Positions 8,306-16,324 of a stretch of DNA of 64,000 nucleotides are shown one piece after another. A program made the position numbers and the translations under genes. The stretch is from an uncultured Actinomycetota bacterium (GTDB lineage: Bacteria > Actinomycetota > Actinomycetes > Frankiales > Frankiaceae), in NCBI GenBank assembly GCA_963731205.1, contig CAVSUJ010000001.1:1160719-1224718 (forward strand). The letters run 5' to 3'. Position 1 is the stretch's first letter. Each line of letters opens with the position of its first letter. The notes under the pieces are model-generated. The model made no database searches. It saw only the letters and a list, made by a program, of their open reading frames with translations, and was not told where the DNA came from.

Positions 8306-9529
8306 CTAAGCGTCGACGAGCGAGACCGCTTTCTGCCGCCGGTCCTCGAGCCGGCGGCGAATCATCAGCAGCGCCGCGATCCCGTCACCGACGGCAGATC
8401 CGAGCTGTTTGGTCGACCCGGCGCGCACGTCTCCGGCGGCGAACAGGCCCGGTATCGAGGTCTCCATCGTCGGGCTCGTGACAAGGAAGCCGCTCTCGTC
8501 GCGCTGGATCGACTCGCCGAGGAACGCGGTGTTGGGGTCGAGCCCGATGAACACAAACGCTGCAGCTGAAGGGAATCGGAGCGTCTCACCGGTGGCTCGA
8601 TCACGCGCGACGACGGCGGTGAACCTGCCGCGCTCTCCCTCGAGTTCGACGATGTCCACGCCGGTGTGCACCGAGAACTGCGGGTCCGAACGCACCCGAT
8701 CCTGGAGCACGCTCGACGCCGACAAGTCCGAGCGGGCGAGCACGCGCACCTTCTTGGCGAACTCCGAGAGGTGCAACCCCTCTTCAAGGGCGGAATTGCC
8801 GCCGCCGATCACGACGACCTCTTCGGCGCCCTGATAGAACGGCCCGTCGCAGGTGGCACAGAAATGCACGCCGGCGCCGAGCAGATCGTCCTCGCCCGGC
8901 ACGCCGAGCCGGCGATACGTGGAACCCGTGGCGACGATCACCGCGTGCGAGGTGAGCACCTGCCCGGAGGCAAGCGTCGTGACCAGATCGTCGTCGTCGG
9001 GCTCGATGGAGCGCACCGAGATCGCTGACAGCAGTTCGACGCCGTAGCGCTTCGCTTGGGCGACGAAACGTTCGCTGAGCTCGGCACCGGTGACGCCGTC
9101 GGGAAAGCCGGGGTAATTGTCGATCCGGTCGGTGATTGCGGCCTGCCCGCCGAGAGCGCCGGCGTCGACCACGATCGCGTCGATACCCTCGCGCGCCGCA
9201 TAGATCGCGGCTGCCAAACCCGCCGGGCCGCCGCCGACGATCACGAGGTCGTACGCGCTACGGTCGGCCTCGAGGGTCAATCCGATGCGAGCGGCCAATG
9301 CCTCATCGCTCGGATTGACCTCGAAGGTGTCGTCGTCGTAGACGACGGTCGGGATGATCTGGCCGCCGTTCTGCAACTCCTTGAGCCGATCGATGGCGTC
9401 GGGTTGCTGATCGATGTCGATGAGCTGATACGACACCCGGTGGGCGGCCAGGAACTTCTTCACCCGCTTGCAGTGCGGGCACCAGGGCGCCCCGTACACC
9501 GTGAGGACCGGACCCCCGGAAGCACCCAT
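8306..9529 (-). CDS. glutaredoxin/NrdH-like domain fused to a thioredoxin-reductase-like flavoprotein
   Basis: N-terminus VYGAPWCPHCKRVKKFL..IPTVVYDD (Grx fold, CPHC). Then a TrxR-like body: IVGGGPAGLAAAIYAARE (FAD), CATCDG (redox disulfide), VIGGGNSALEEG (dinucleotide). Confidence 0.85.
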   Translation of the reverse strand: MGASGGPVLTVYGAPWCPHCKRVKKFLAAHRVSYQLIDIDQQPDAIDRLKELQNGGQIIPTVVYDDDTFEVNPSDEALAARIGLTLEADRSAYDLVIVGGGPAGLAAAIYAAREGIDAIVVDAGALGGQAAITDRIDNYPGFPDGVTGAELSERFVAQAKRYGVELLSAISVRSIEPDDDDLVTTLASGQVLTSHAVIVATGSTYRRLGVPGEDDLLGAGVHFCATCDGPFYQGAEEVVVIGGGNSALEEGLHLSEFAKKVRVLARSDLSASSVLQDRVRSDPQFSVHTGVDIVELEGERGRFTAVVARDRATGETLRFPSAAAFVFIGLDPNTAFLGESIQRDESGFLVTSPTMETSIPGLFAAGDVRAGSTKQLGSAVGDGIAALLMIRRRLEDRRQKAVSLVDA

Positions 9530-9554
9530 CGCGCAACCCTACTGAGCCTGCTGC

Positions 9555-10718
9555 CTACCGCGCAGCGGCGACGAGCGCCGGAGGGCGCCTTCGATCGCGC
9601 CGCCGCAGGAAGGGTTGCTCGACCCAGCGATAGCTCACGAACGCCAGGCCCAGCGCCATCAACGCGGCGATGACCGGCCGCAATCCGTGGGCGACGCGTA
9701 TCCACCCTTGCTGCTCGGCGAATTCGAAGAGCAAGAGCCCGAGCACGTTGTAGAGATACAGGCTGTAGGACAGGGTGCCGATGAACGTGACCGGCCGCAG
9801 GCTCAGCACCTTCGACGCCAGCGGCTGACGGGCGCGCTCCGGTCGTGGTGCGGTGATGGCGATGATGACCAGCCCCGTCGCGATCGCCATCACGGGTGAG
9901 AGCCGGGCCTGCGAATAGCCACTGCCACGCGGGTAGAGCCACAACACGGCGACGCCGAGCGCGAGGCCACCCCAGCGGGAGAACGCCACGCCCCATGAGC
10001 CCGCCCGACGGCCATTCAGCGCGGGCTGCCAGATCGCGATCGCACATCCCAGCAGAAGGCCACCCGACCGGGTGTCCGGTGCCACCGCGACCCGCATCAC
10101 GGGCGCGTGGACCGCGACGAGGTGATACGACCAGATCGTCGACGCCAGGAAGCCCGCGAACGGGACCGTGCCGAGGACCAGTCGCGCGTGAGGGGTGCGC
10201 GCGAGCCGCAACCCGAGGACGAGCAGCACCGGCCACAGCAGATAGAACTGCTCCTCCGCAGCAAGCGACCAGGTGAACTCCCACAGCCTCGGGGTCTCGG
10301 CGTCCCAGCGGTTCAGGGCGGTCGCGATGTTGCTGGTGTACGTGAGCGATTCGGCCACACCGCGGCGCACCAGCGCGCCGCTCGCCTCGCTGCCGAGCGC
10401 ACCGGCAGCAAGGACCGTCAGACCCGTCATCGCGAGATAGGCCGGCATCAGGCGCAGCGCCCGGCGCCGGTAGAACGACCGGAAAGACACGGCTCCGCGC
10501 CGGTCGCGTTCGGACATCAGCAGGCCCGTGATCAGGTAGCCCGACAGGACGAAGAAGACGTCGACACCGAGCGTGCCGGGCAGGAAGGCGCCGAAGTGCT
10601 CGGCGAACACCAGACCGATGGCGATCGCGCGCAGTCCATCGAGGGCACGGTGACGCGCGGGCCTCGGCTGGTCAGGTGGCTTGGTGTCGAGTCGACGTCC
10701 CTCGACGAGCGTTGCCAC
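9555..10718 (-). CDS. membrane acyltransferase (acyltransferase_3 family)
   Basis: LDGLRAIAIGLVFAEH N-terminal motif, about 10 predicted TM helices, 387 aa. Confidence 0.8.
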   Translation of the reverse strand: MATLVEGRRLDTKPPDQPRPARHRALDGLRAIAIGLVFAEHFGAFLPGTLGVDVFFVLSGYLITGLLMSERDRRGAVSFRSFYRRRALRLMPAYLAMTGLTVLAAGALGSEASGALVRRGVAESLTYTSNIATALNRWDAETPRLWEFTWSLAAEEQFYLLWPVLLVLGLRLARTPHARLVLGTVPFAGFLASTIWSYHLVAVHAPVMRVAVAPDTRSGGLLLGCAIAIWQPALNGRRAGSWGVAFSRWGGLALGVAVLWLYPRGSGYSQARLSPVMAIATGLVIIAITAPRPERARQPLASKVLSLRPVTFIGTLSYSLYLYNVLGLLLFEFAEQQGWIRVAHGLRPVIAALMALGLAFVSYRWVEQPFLRRRDRRRPPALVAAAR

Positions 10719-10808
10719 GCCTTCGTGACTACCTGTCCAGGGCCACGTGCATGCCTTGAGTCGGCTGGTTTTTTCCTGCGAACCGCAGCGTGCCTGCTCA
10801 GAGCCGGG

Positions 10809-11678
10809 TCAGGGTTGGAACGACGCGCGCGCACTCTCGCGACCGCGGGTGGCCAGCTCCCAGAAGCCCGGAGAGCCGGCGCGAAGGTCACGGGCGGCAT
10901 CGGCGAGCGCGCCGAGCGCCGCGTAAGCCAGCGACCCGCCGACGGAGATACGGCTGACCCCGAGGTCGGCCAACTCGGCGACGCTCGGGCCAGCGGCCAG
11001 CAGCAGCACGTTCACCGGAAGATCGACCGCCGAGACCACCGCGGCGATGTCGTCGGACGTGACGAGGCCGGGCGCGTAGAGCACGTCGGCCCCGGCCTCC
11101 TGGAAGGCCTGCAGCCGGCCGATCGTGTCCTCGAGGTCGACCGCACCGTGCAGGTAGTTCTCGGCGCGAGCGGTGAGGACGAGCTTCCGCTCACCGGTGT
11201 GGGCCGCCTCAGCAGCGGCGGCGACGCGTTCGACCGCCAGCCCGCGGTCGTAGATCGGCACGCTCTCGGTGCCGGTGAAGTCCTCGATCGAGCAGCCCGC
11301 CAGACCGGCCCCGATGGCGTCAGTGACCGTCTGGGCCACCGCGGAAGGCTCGTCGGCGAACCCGTTCACCAGATCGGCGGTGACGGGGATGGAAACGGCC
11401 TCCACGATCCGGGCGCACTCCTCGAGAGTCTCCGTACGGGTCACGGCGCCGTCGAGGCGACCGAGCGAGGAGGCGAAGCCGCTGCTGGTGGTGGCGAGCG
11501 CGGCAAATCCGAGCCATTGCAGCAGCCGGGCGGATCCCGCGTTCCACGGATTGGGCACGAGCAGAGGCGTCTCGGCGTGGTGCAGCGCGAGCAATTGCGG
11601 CGAACGATCAGGACCCATGTCGGCCACTCCATCGCATGAGGTCCGGCGACACAAGCGAGTTGCCGTCGCCCCCGTCAC
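10809..11678 (-). CDS. isocitrate lyase / PEP mutase superfamily enzyme
   Basis: LLVPNPWNAGSARLL...SSGFASSLGRLDG and IEDF motifs. GTG 11678 overlaps the GH3 stop (GTGA). An alternative ATG at 11618 follows GGAGTGG. Confidence 0.75.
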   Translation of the reverse strand: MTGATATRLCRRTSCDGVADMGPDRSPQLLALHHAETPLLVPNPWNAGSARLLQWLGFAALATTSSGFASSLGRLDGAVTRTETLEECARIVEAVSIPVTADLVNGFADEPSAVAQTVTDAIGAGLAGCSIEDFTGTESVPIYDRGLAVERVAAAAEAAHTGERKLVLTARAENYLHGAVDLEDTIGRLQAFQEAGADVLYAPGLVTSDDIAAVVSAVDLPVNVLLLAAGPSVAELADLGVSRISVGGSLAYAALGALADAARDLRAGSPGFWELATRGRESARASFQP

Positions 11679-14221
11679 GCCGTGGCCGTGCGCACCCGGA
11701 CCCGATGGACGGGGTCGATGCTGGAGCGCGCAAGGACGAGGTCGTACTCCCCCGGCGCCAGCAGCCAGCCCTTCGGCTTGCCGCTCGCGGCGCCGATGCC
11801 GGCGGCCATGGTGCCGCCGAGCGCTGCCAGGTCGTTGACGGTTTCCCCGACGATCGCGTGGTCGTCACCGGTGTGCCAGTAGCTGAAGGCACGGTCGTCG
11901 AGCCGAAGCCGCACGGGAGACTGAGCGCCCGGTGCCAGTTCGACCTTGGTGAACGCTTTCAGCTCCTGGCGCGGCCGGCTGACCGGCGCGTCGACCGGCA
12001 CGACGTAGCACTGCACGACGTCGGTGGCGGGACGGTCGCCGGCGTTGCTGACAGTGAGCTCGACCGTGATCGCACCTCCCGGCTCCAGCGTGGCCGACGA
12101 GACCACCGGCTCGCTCCACTCGGTCGAGCCGTAGGAAAGCCCATGACCAAAGGGGAATCGGACCGGCAGCCGCCTCGCGTCATACCACCGGTAGCCGACG
12201 AAGAGGCCTTCCGTGTAGCGCACGACGTGGTTGTCGGGGGCGAACGAGGTGAAGGCCGGGGTGTCCTCGAGACGCCGCGGAAAGGTCGTCGCCAGCCGTC
12301 CTCCGGGATCGCTCTCACCGGTGAGGACATCGACGACGGCCTCCCCCATTTCCTGGCCCCCGAAGGAGACGTGGAGCACGGCGGCAGCCGCATCGGCCCA
12401 GGGCAGCTCGACGGGCGAGCCGGTGTTGACGACGACGACGGTGCGCGGATTGGCGGCGACGGCCCGGCGCACCAGCTCGTCCTGCTCCCCCGGCAGCGCC
12501 AGCGACTCGCGGTCGCGGCCCTCGGTCTCCCACTCGTCGTTCGTGCCGACCACGACGACGGCGACATCTGCTTGCGCCGCAGCCTTTTCCGCCCGCTCCA
12601 TGAGGTCAGCGGTGTCCACCGGCTGGCAGCCGACCCGAAAGCCCATCACCATGAACGACGCCTCGGACGTCAGCTCGATCGCTATCGGGTAGCTGCGCCC
12701 GGCGCTCATGGCCATGGTCGCCTCGAGGTCGGCGCTCCCCATGCCGAAGAAGTGCGAACCCGGGCCGGGCGGATCCACCGTCCCGTCGAGCACGAGATGG
12801 CCGTCGATGAGCAGCTTCGCGCGGCCGGCCTGCGAGAGCGACCAGCGGTGCTCGCCGTCCTCGAGCGGGGTGAAGGTGCCGCTCGCGCGCAGCGACCAGT
12901 CGGCCATGTCCAGGCCCGGCACCGGCGGCTCGGTGAAGGCCAGCTGGGTGTCCGAGGTGGTGAGGTGACCGGCCGGTGCGCCCGCGAGCGCCGTGCCCGC
13001 GAAGCACTCGATGAGCAGTCCCGGCGAACCATCTGGGGTCCGCAGCTGCTGGCCTTCGCAGACCGGCGGGGAGCTGTCGAGGCTGCAGCCTCTTGCGTAG
13101 TGAACGGTGACGCCGCTGCCGGCGCGGTCGCGTATCGCATCGAGGATGGACGCGCGGTGGTACGGGCGCACCTGGGCCGAACCGCCGCCGGCGATCTGGG
13201 TGCGGGCGGCGTTGGGACCGAGCACCGCGATGGAGCCGAGGGCGGCGAGATCGAGCGGAAGCGTGCCGTCGTTGGCCAGGAGCACGCTCCCGGCTGCGGC
13301 CGCCCGTCGCAGCAGCGCCCGGTCCTGCGGCTGGTCGACCGCCGGAGCCTTTTTCGGTTCGAAAACCCCTGTGGCGTCGAACATGTCGAGTAGTTGCCCG
13401 ACGCTCGTGGTGACCGTCTGCTCGGCAAGTGCGCCGTCCTGGACCGCCTTGGCGACTGCCGGGCCGAACGCCCGTCCGGGGCCGGGCATCTCCAGATTCA
13501 GCCCGGCATTCATGGCCGTCACGGTGTGGGCGCCGCCGAACCAGTCGGTCATCACGACGCCGTCGAATCCCCACTCCTGGCGAAGGATCGCCAGGAGCGG
13601 CGCGTTCTCACCGCACCAGATGCCGTTCAGCCGGTTGTAGGCGGTCATCACGGCCCGCACCTCGCCGTCGCGTACGGCCATCTCGAACGGCAGCAGGTAG
13701 ATCTCGCGCAGGGTGCGCTCGTCGATGACCGAGTCGGCGGTCATCCGCTCCCGCTCGCTCTCGTTGCCGGCGAAATGTTTCACCGTCGCTGCAACGCCCT
13801 CGGATTGGACGCCGCGGATGTACGCGACGGCCAGCGCGCCGCTCAGCAACGGGTCCTCCGAGAATGCCTCGAAGGTGCGCCCACCCAGCGGTGAGCGGTG
13901 GATGTTGACGGTCGGAGCGAGCAGTACGTGGCAATCCTTGGCGCGGGCCTCGCGTCCGATCAGAGCGCCGATGCTTTCGAGGAGTTCCACGTCCCAGCTG
14001 GCGCCGAGCCCGGCGCCGCAGGGCGTGCAGGCCGAGGCGATAACCCCGACCCCGGGCAACCCCATACCCCGCGCGCCGTTCGGCCCGTCGGTGAGCCCGA
14101 CCGCGGGGATGCCCAGCCGCGGGGCCGCAGCGGTCGACCACAGGTCGGCCCCTGCCGTCAGGGTGGCCTTTTCCTCGAGGGTGAGCGCGGCAAGCAGTTC
14201 TCGGACCCGCGGGCTTGTCAT
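11675..14221 (-). CDS. glycoside hydrolase family 3 (beta-glucosidase-like) with PA14-type insertion
   Basis: 848 aa. GH3 N-terminal motifs (GLTDGPNGARG, VMTDW), a PA14-like segment (LRASGTFTPLEDGEHRWSL..LLIDGHLVLDG) and a C-terminal Fn3-like domain. Confidence 0.9.
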   Translation of the reverse strand: MTSPRVRELLAALTLEEKATLTAGADLWSTAAAPRLGIPAVGLTDGPNGARGMGLPGVGVIASACTPCGAGLGASWDVELLESIGALIGREARAKDCHVLLAPTVNIHRSPLGGRTFEAFSEDPLLSGALAVAYIRGVQSEGVAATVKHFAGNESERERMTADSVIDERTLREIYLLPFEMAVRDGEVRAVMTAYNRLNGIWCGENAPLLAILRQEWGFDGVVMTDWFGGAHTVTAMNAGLNLEMPGPGRAFGPAVAKAVQDGALAEQTVTTSVGQLLDMFDATGVFEPKKAPAVDQPQDRALLRRAAAAGSVLLANDGTLPLDLAALGSIAVLGPNAARTQIAGGGSAQVRPYHRASILDAIRDRAGSGVTVHYARGCSLDSSPPVCEGQQLRTPDGSPGLLIECFAGTALAGAPAGHLTTSDTQLAFTEPPVPGLDMADWSLRASGTFTPLEDGEHRWSLSQAGRAKLLIDGHLVLDGTVDPPGPGSHFFGMGSADLEATMAMSAGRSYPIAIELTSEASFMVMGFRVGCQPVDTADLMERAEKAAAQADVAVVVVGTNDEWETEGRDRESLALPGEQDELVRRAVAANPRTVVVVNTGSPVELPWADAAAAVLHVSFGGQEMGEAVVDVLTGESDPGGRLATTFPRRLEDTPAFTSFAPDNHVVRYTEGLFVGYRWYDARRLPVRFPFGHGLSYGSTEWSEPVVSSATLEPGGAITVELTVSNAGDRPATDVVQCYVVPVDAPVSRPRQELKAFTKVELAPGAQSPVRLRLDDRAFSYWHTGDDHAIVGETVNDLAALGGTMAAGIGAASGKPKGWLLAPGEYDLVLARSSIDPVHRVRVRTATA

Positions 14222-14231
14222 GTCAGGCGGC

Positions 14232-14777
14232 TCAGCCCTCTGCTCGGGTCAGCAGGGCGATGATCTGCGGCGCCAGCTCCTTGGCCACTTCGGCGATCTC
14301 GTCAGCGGTCCAGATCGCCAGTGGCACATGCGGATAGTCGACGGTCAGGTAGTCGTAGTCGGGCATGCCGCTCACGCGTGACATCGCCCGCGCGGTACCC
14401 GCCATCGTGTGATGAACGACGGCCACGCTCGGGATGCCGGCCCATTCCAGTTCCACGGCGTCGCGCAAACTGCGCGCGCTGCAGGAGCCTCAACCACCGA
14501 AACCGGCCACGGCGACGGTGACCTGATTGATGAGGCGCTCCCAGTCGATCGGGTCGGGCGGCACCGAGACGCTGGGCTTGCGGACCGCGAGGGTGCCGGC
14601 GAGCTTCACATGGCGGCCGACTTCTTCACCCACCGCCGCGAGAATCTTGTCGCTCTCACCGAGGCCGTTGGAGACCAGGCCGATCACGACGCCGTCGAGA
14701 TTGGTCCGGCGGCGCGCCGGACGCCCCTTCGCCTCCGACAGCGGACCGCTGGTCGGATCGAGTCCGATGAGCGTCAC
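14232..14777 (-). CDS. UGSC-motif (seleno)protein candidate, 181 aa with in-frame UGA (Sec) at 14490-14492
   Basis: Track ORFs 14490..14777 and 14232..14468 share one frame. Only TGA plus 7 sense codons separate them. Read-through gives ...AVAGFGG-U-GSCSARSLRDAVELEW... The second half has no ATG or RBS. A hairpin follows the UGA. Confidence 0.75.
14453..14484 (-). promoter_or_regulatory. SECIS-like mRNA hairpin immediately 3' of the in-frame UGA
   Basis: The RNA reads UGA GGCUCCUGCAGCGCGCGCAGUUUGCGCGACGCCGUGG. Upper stem CGCGC/GCGCG with apical loop AGUUU, then a bulged A, GCG/CGC, and lower pairs. The G-U-containing loop sits about 20 nt after the UGA. Confidence 0.6.
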
Positions 14778-15727
14778 GAGGCTCTCCTCTCGGCGGCGGC
14801 ACCTGCGAAGGATTCCGCGGCCACGTCGGGCACCACCGGCTCGGTGATGGCCCAGGCCAGATGCGGCAGCAGCAACCAGCTCTCGGCCATCCCGGGACCA
14901 CCGGCGGCCACCAGCAGGATGCCCTCCGGCTTGGCCAGTTTGACATTGCCCTCACCAGGCTGCTGTGGAGCCTTCAGCAGCGGCCACATCGCGGCGCGTA
15001 CGTCGGCCTTGGACCAGCCGGCCTCGGTGAAGTACCGGCGGTGTTCCGGACCCATCACGATCACGATGTTCGTGTCGTCGCCGAGCCAGACGTCACCGGC
15101 GGTCCCGCGCTGGCGGATGGACTTGGCGATCGACGCGGTGACCCCTTCGGGTGTGCGGCTGGCGAAGTCGGTGGCCGACGCCATCGTCATCATCGAGGCG
15201 ACGGTCACGGCGCTCGTGCCCGCCGGGATGCCGCGTTCGACGCTCATCGGCAGCCAGTCGCTGCCCTCCTCGTCCTCGCCGAAGCAGAACGTGTAGCGGG
15301 CGGGCGTGGAGAACGTGGCCCGGTCGAGGAAGTTCGGGATGGCCCGGCAGACGTTGCGGATGACGAGGCGCAGGGCCCGTCCGATGGTGGCGTTGGCGCG
15401 CCAGCCCGGACCGAAGCATCCGGCGGTGCAGTTGACGTCGAGCGCCCGCCGGGCGGGGCCGTTGATGATGACGACCTGGGCCGCACCCGAGAGCGTGCCG
15501 GTGGTGCTGTGGCAATTGCCCATCTCGGACAGGTGGGCGCGAACGGCGGCGACGACGACCGGCATGTAATCGGCGCGGCAGCCGGCCATCACCGCGTTGA
15601 TGGCCGCGTGTTCAGCGGTCACGGTGACCTCGCGGGTGGGCACCTCGCCGAGCACGGTGTCAGGCGCGAGTTGCGCCGCCGCCAGGAACTCCTCCACCAG
15701 CGCCGGCGTGGGCGGCACGACGGGCAA
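14774..15727 (-). CDS. uncharacterised conserved protein translationally coupled to the UGSC gene; the N-terminus probably extends to ATG 15830 across a 1-nt frameshift
   Basis: 317-aa frame from TTG 15727. Its stop overlaps the UGSC GTG start (GTGA at 14774-14777). I recognise no domain. Cys-containing motifs include MAGCRADY, GNCHSTTG and NCTAGCFGPGW. The upstream frame reads HEYDGYADLLEDYYAKGWTDG with no start codon. Confidence 0.65.
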   Translation of the reverse strand: MPVVPPTPALVEEFLAAAQLAPDTVLGEVPTREVTVTAEHAAINAVMAGCRADYMPVVVAAVRAHLSEMGNCHSTTGTLSGAAQVVIINGPARRALDVNCTAGCFGPGWRANATIGRALRLVIRNVCRAIPNFLDRATFSTPARYTFCFGEDEEGSDWLPMSVERGIPAGTSAVTVASMMTMASATDFASRTPEGVTASIAKSIRQRGTAGDVWLGDDTNIVIVMGPEHRRYFTEAGWSKADVRAAMWPLLKAPQQPGEGNVKLAKPEGILLVAAGGPGMAESWLLLPHLAWAITEPVVPDVAAESFAGAAAERRAS

Positions 15728-15874
15728 CCCGTCGGTCCAGCCTTTGGCGTAGTAGTCCTCGAGCAGGTCGGCGTAGCCGTCGTACTCGTGGCGCGGGAGC
15801 TTTCAACGCCGGCGGGACGTACTCGTCCATGCCCGAAGGTGTAGCACACGCGTCAGGACGCGAGCGGCTCCGGG

Positions 15875-16075
15875 TCAGGCAGCCTTGCGGGTGAGCGCCC
15901 ACCGCGCGACGGCGTGGGACTCGTGGTGGTAGCCGTTTGCCAGCTCATCGGCAAGCTCGACGCCACCGCTTTCGAGGGCGCTGTTGATCGACCAGATGTA
16001 GGCACGCTGGAGGTCCTCGGCGCTGGTGGCGCGAAGCGCCGTCTCGAGCGCGGGGCTGGGCGTGGGCGTGGACAT
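15875..16075 (-). CDS. small hypothetical protein (66 aa)
   Basis: ATG 16075 is preceded by AGGGGGGA. The sequence starts MSTPTPSPALETALRATSAEDLQRAYIWS... The longer track ORF (to 16204) adds an Arg/Pro-rich extension that looks non-coding. Confidence 0.45.
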   Translation of the reverse strand: MSTPTPSPALETALRATSAEDLQRAYIWSINSALESGGVELADELANGYHHESHAVARWALTRKAA

Positions 16076-16220
16076 GGAGAGATCCCCCCTGGGGATGATG
16101 GGTGTTACCGGTACCTGCGGGCTGATCCCGTGGCAAGTCGTTCGTGGCAGATGAGGGCTGAGGCGGCCGCGAGGGGCCTGGCCTCTGCTCTGCTCTCTCA
16201 TCACCGTGTTCGCTACGATA

Positions 16221-16310
16221 CGTTGCGTCGTTTACTTCTCCCAAGTTGTATCGGCTTCCCAGACACGATCTATAGTCCTGAGGCCGGGTGACTGGCTGGT
16301 AAACGCAACG
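16221..16310. promoter_or_regulatory. inverted-repeat pair in the TetR / selenoprotein-operon divergent intergenic region
   Basis: CGTTGCGTCGTTTAC (16221-16235) faces GTAAACGCAACG (16299-16310). The arms are complementary apart from a 3-nt insertion. Confidence 0.35.
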
Positions 16311-16324
16311 CTACGTTTCGGAGT

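Noticed and set aside
10107-13393. Long plus-strand ORFs 10107..11639 (510 aa) and 11636..13393 (585 aa)
   Set aside because: They are antisense to the acyltransferase, PEP-mutase-fold and GH3 genes. They are Arg/Gly/Asp-rich with no motifs, so they are shadow ORFs.
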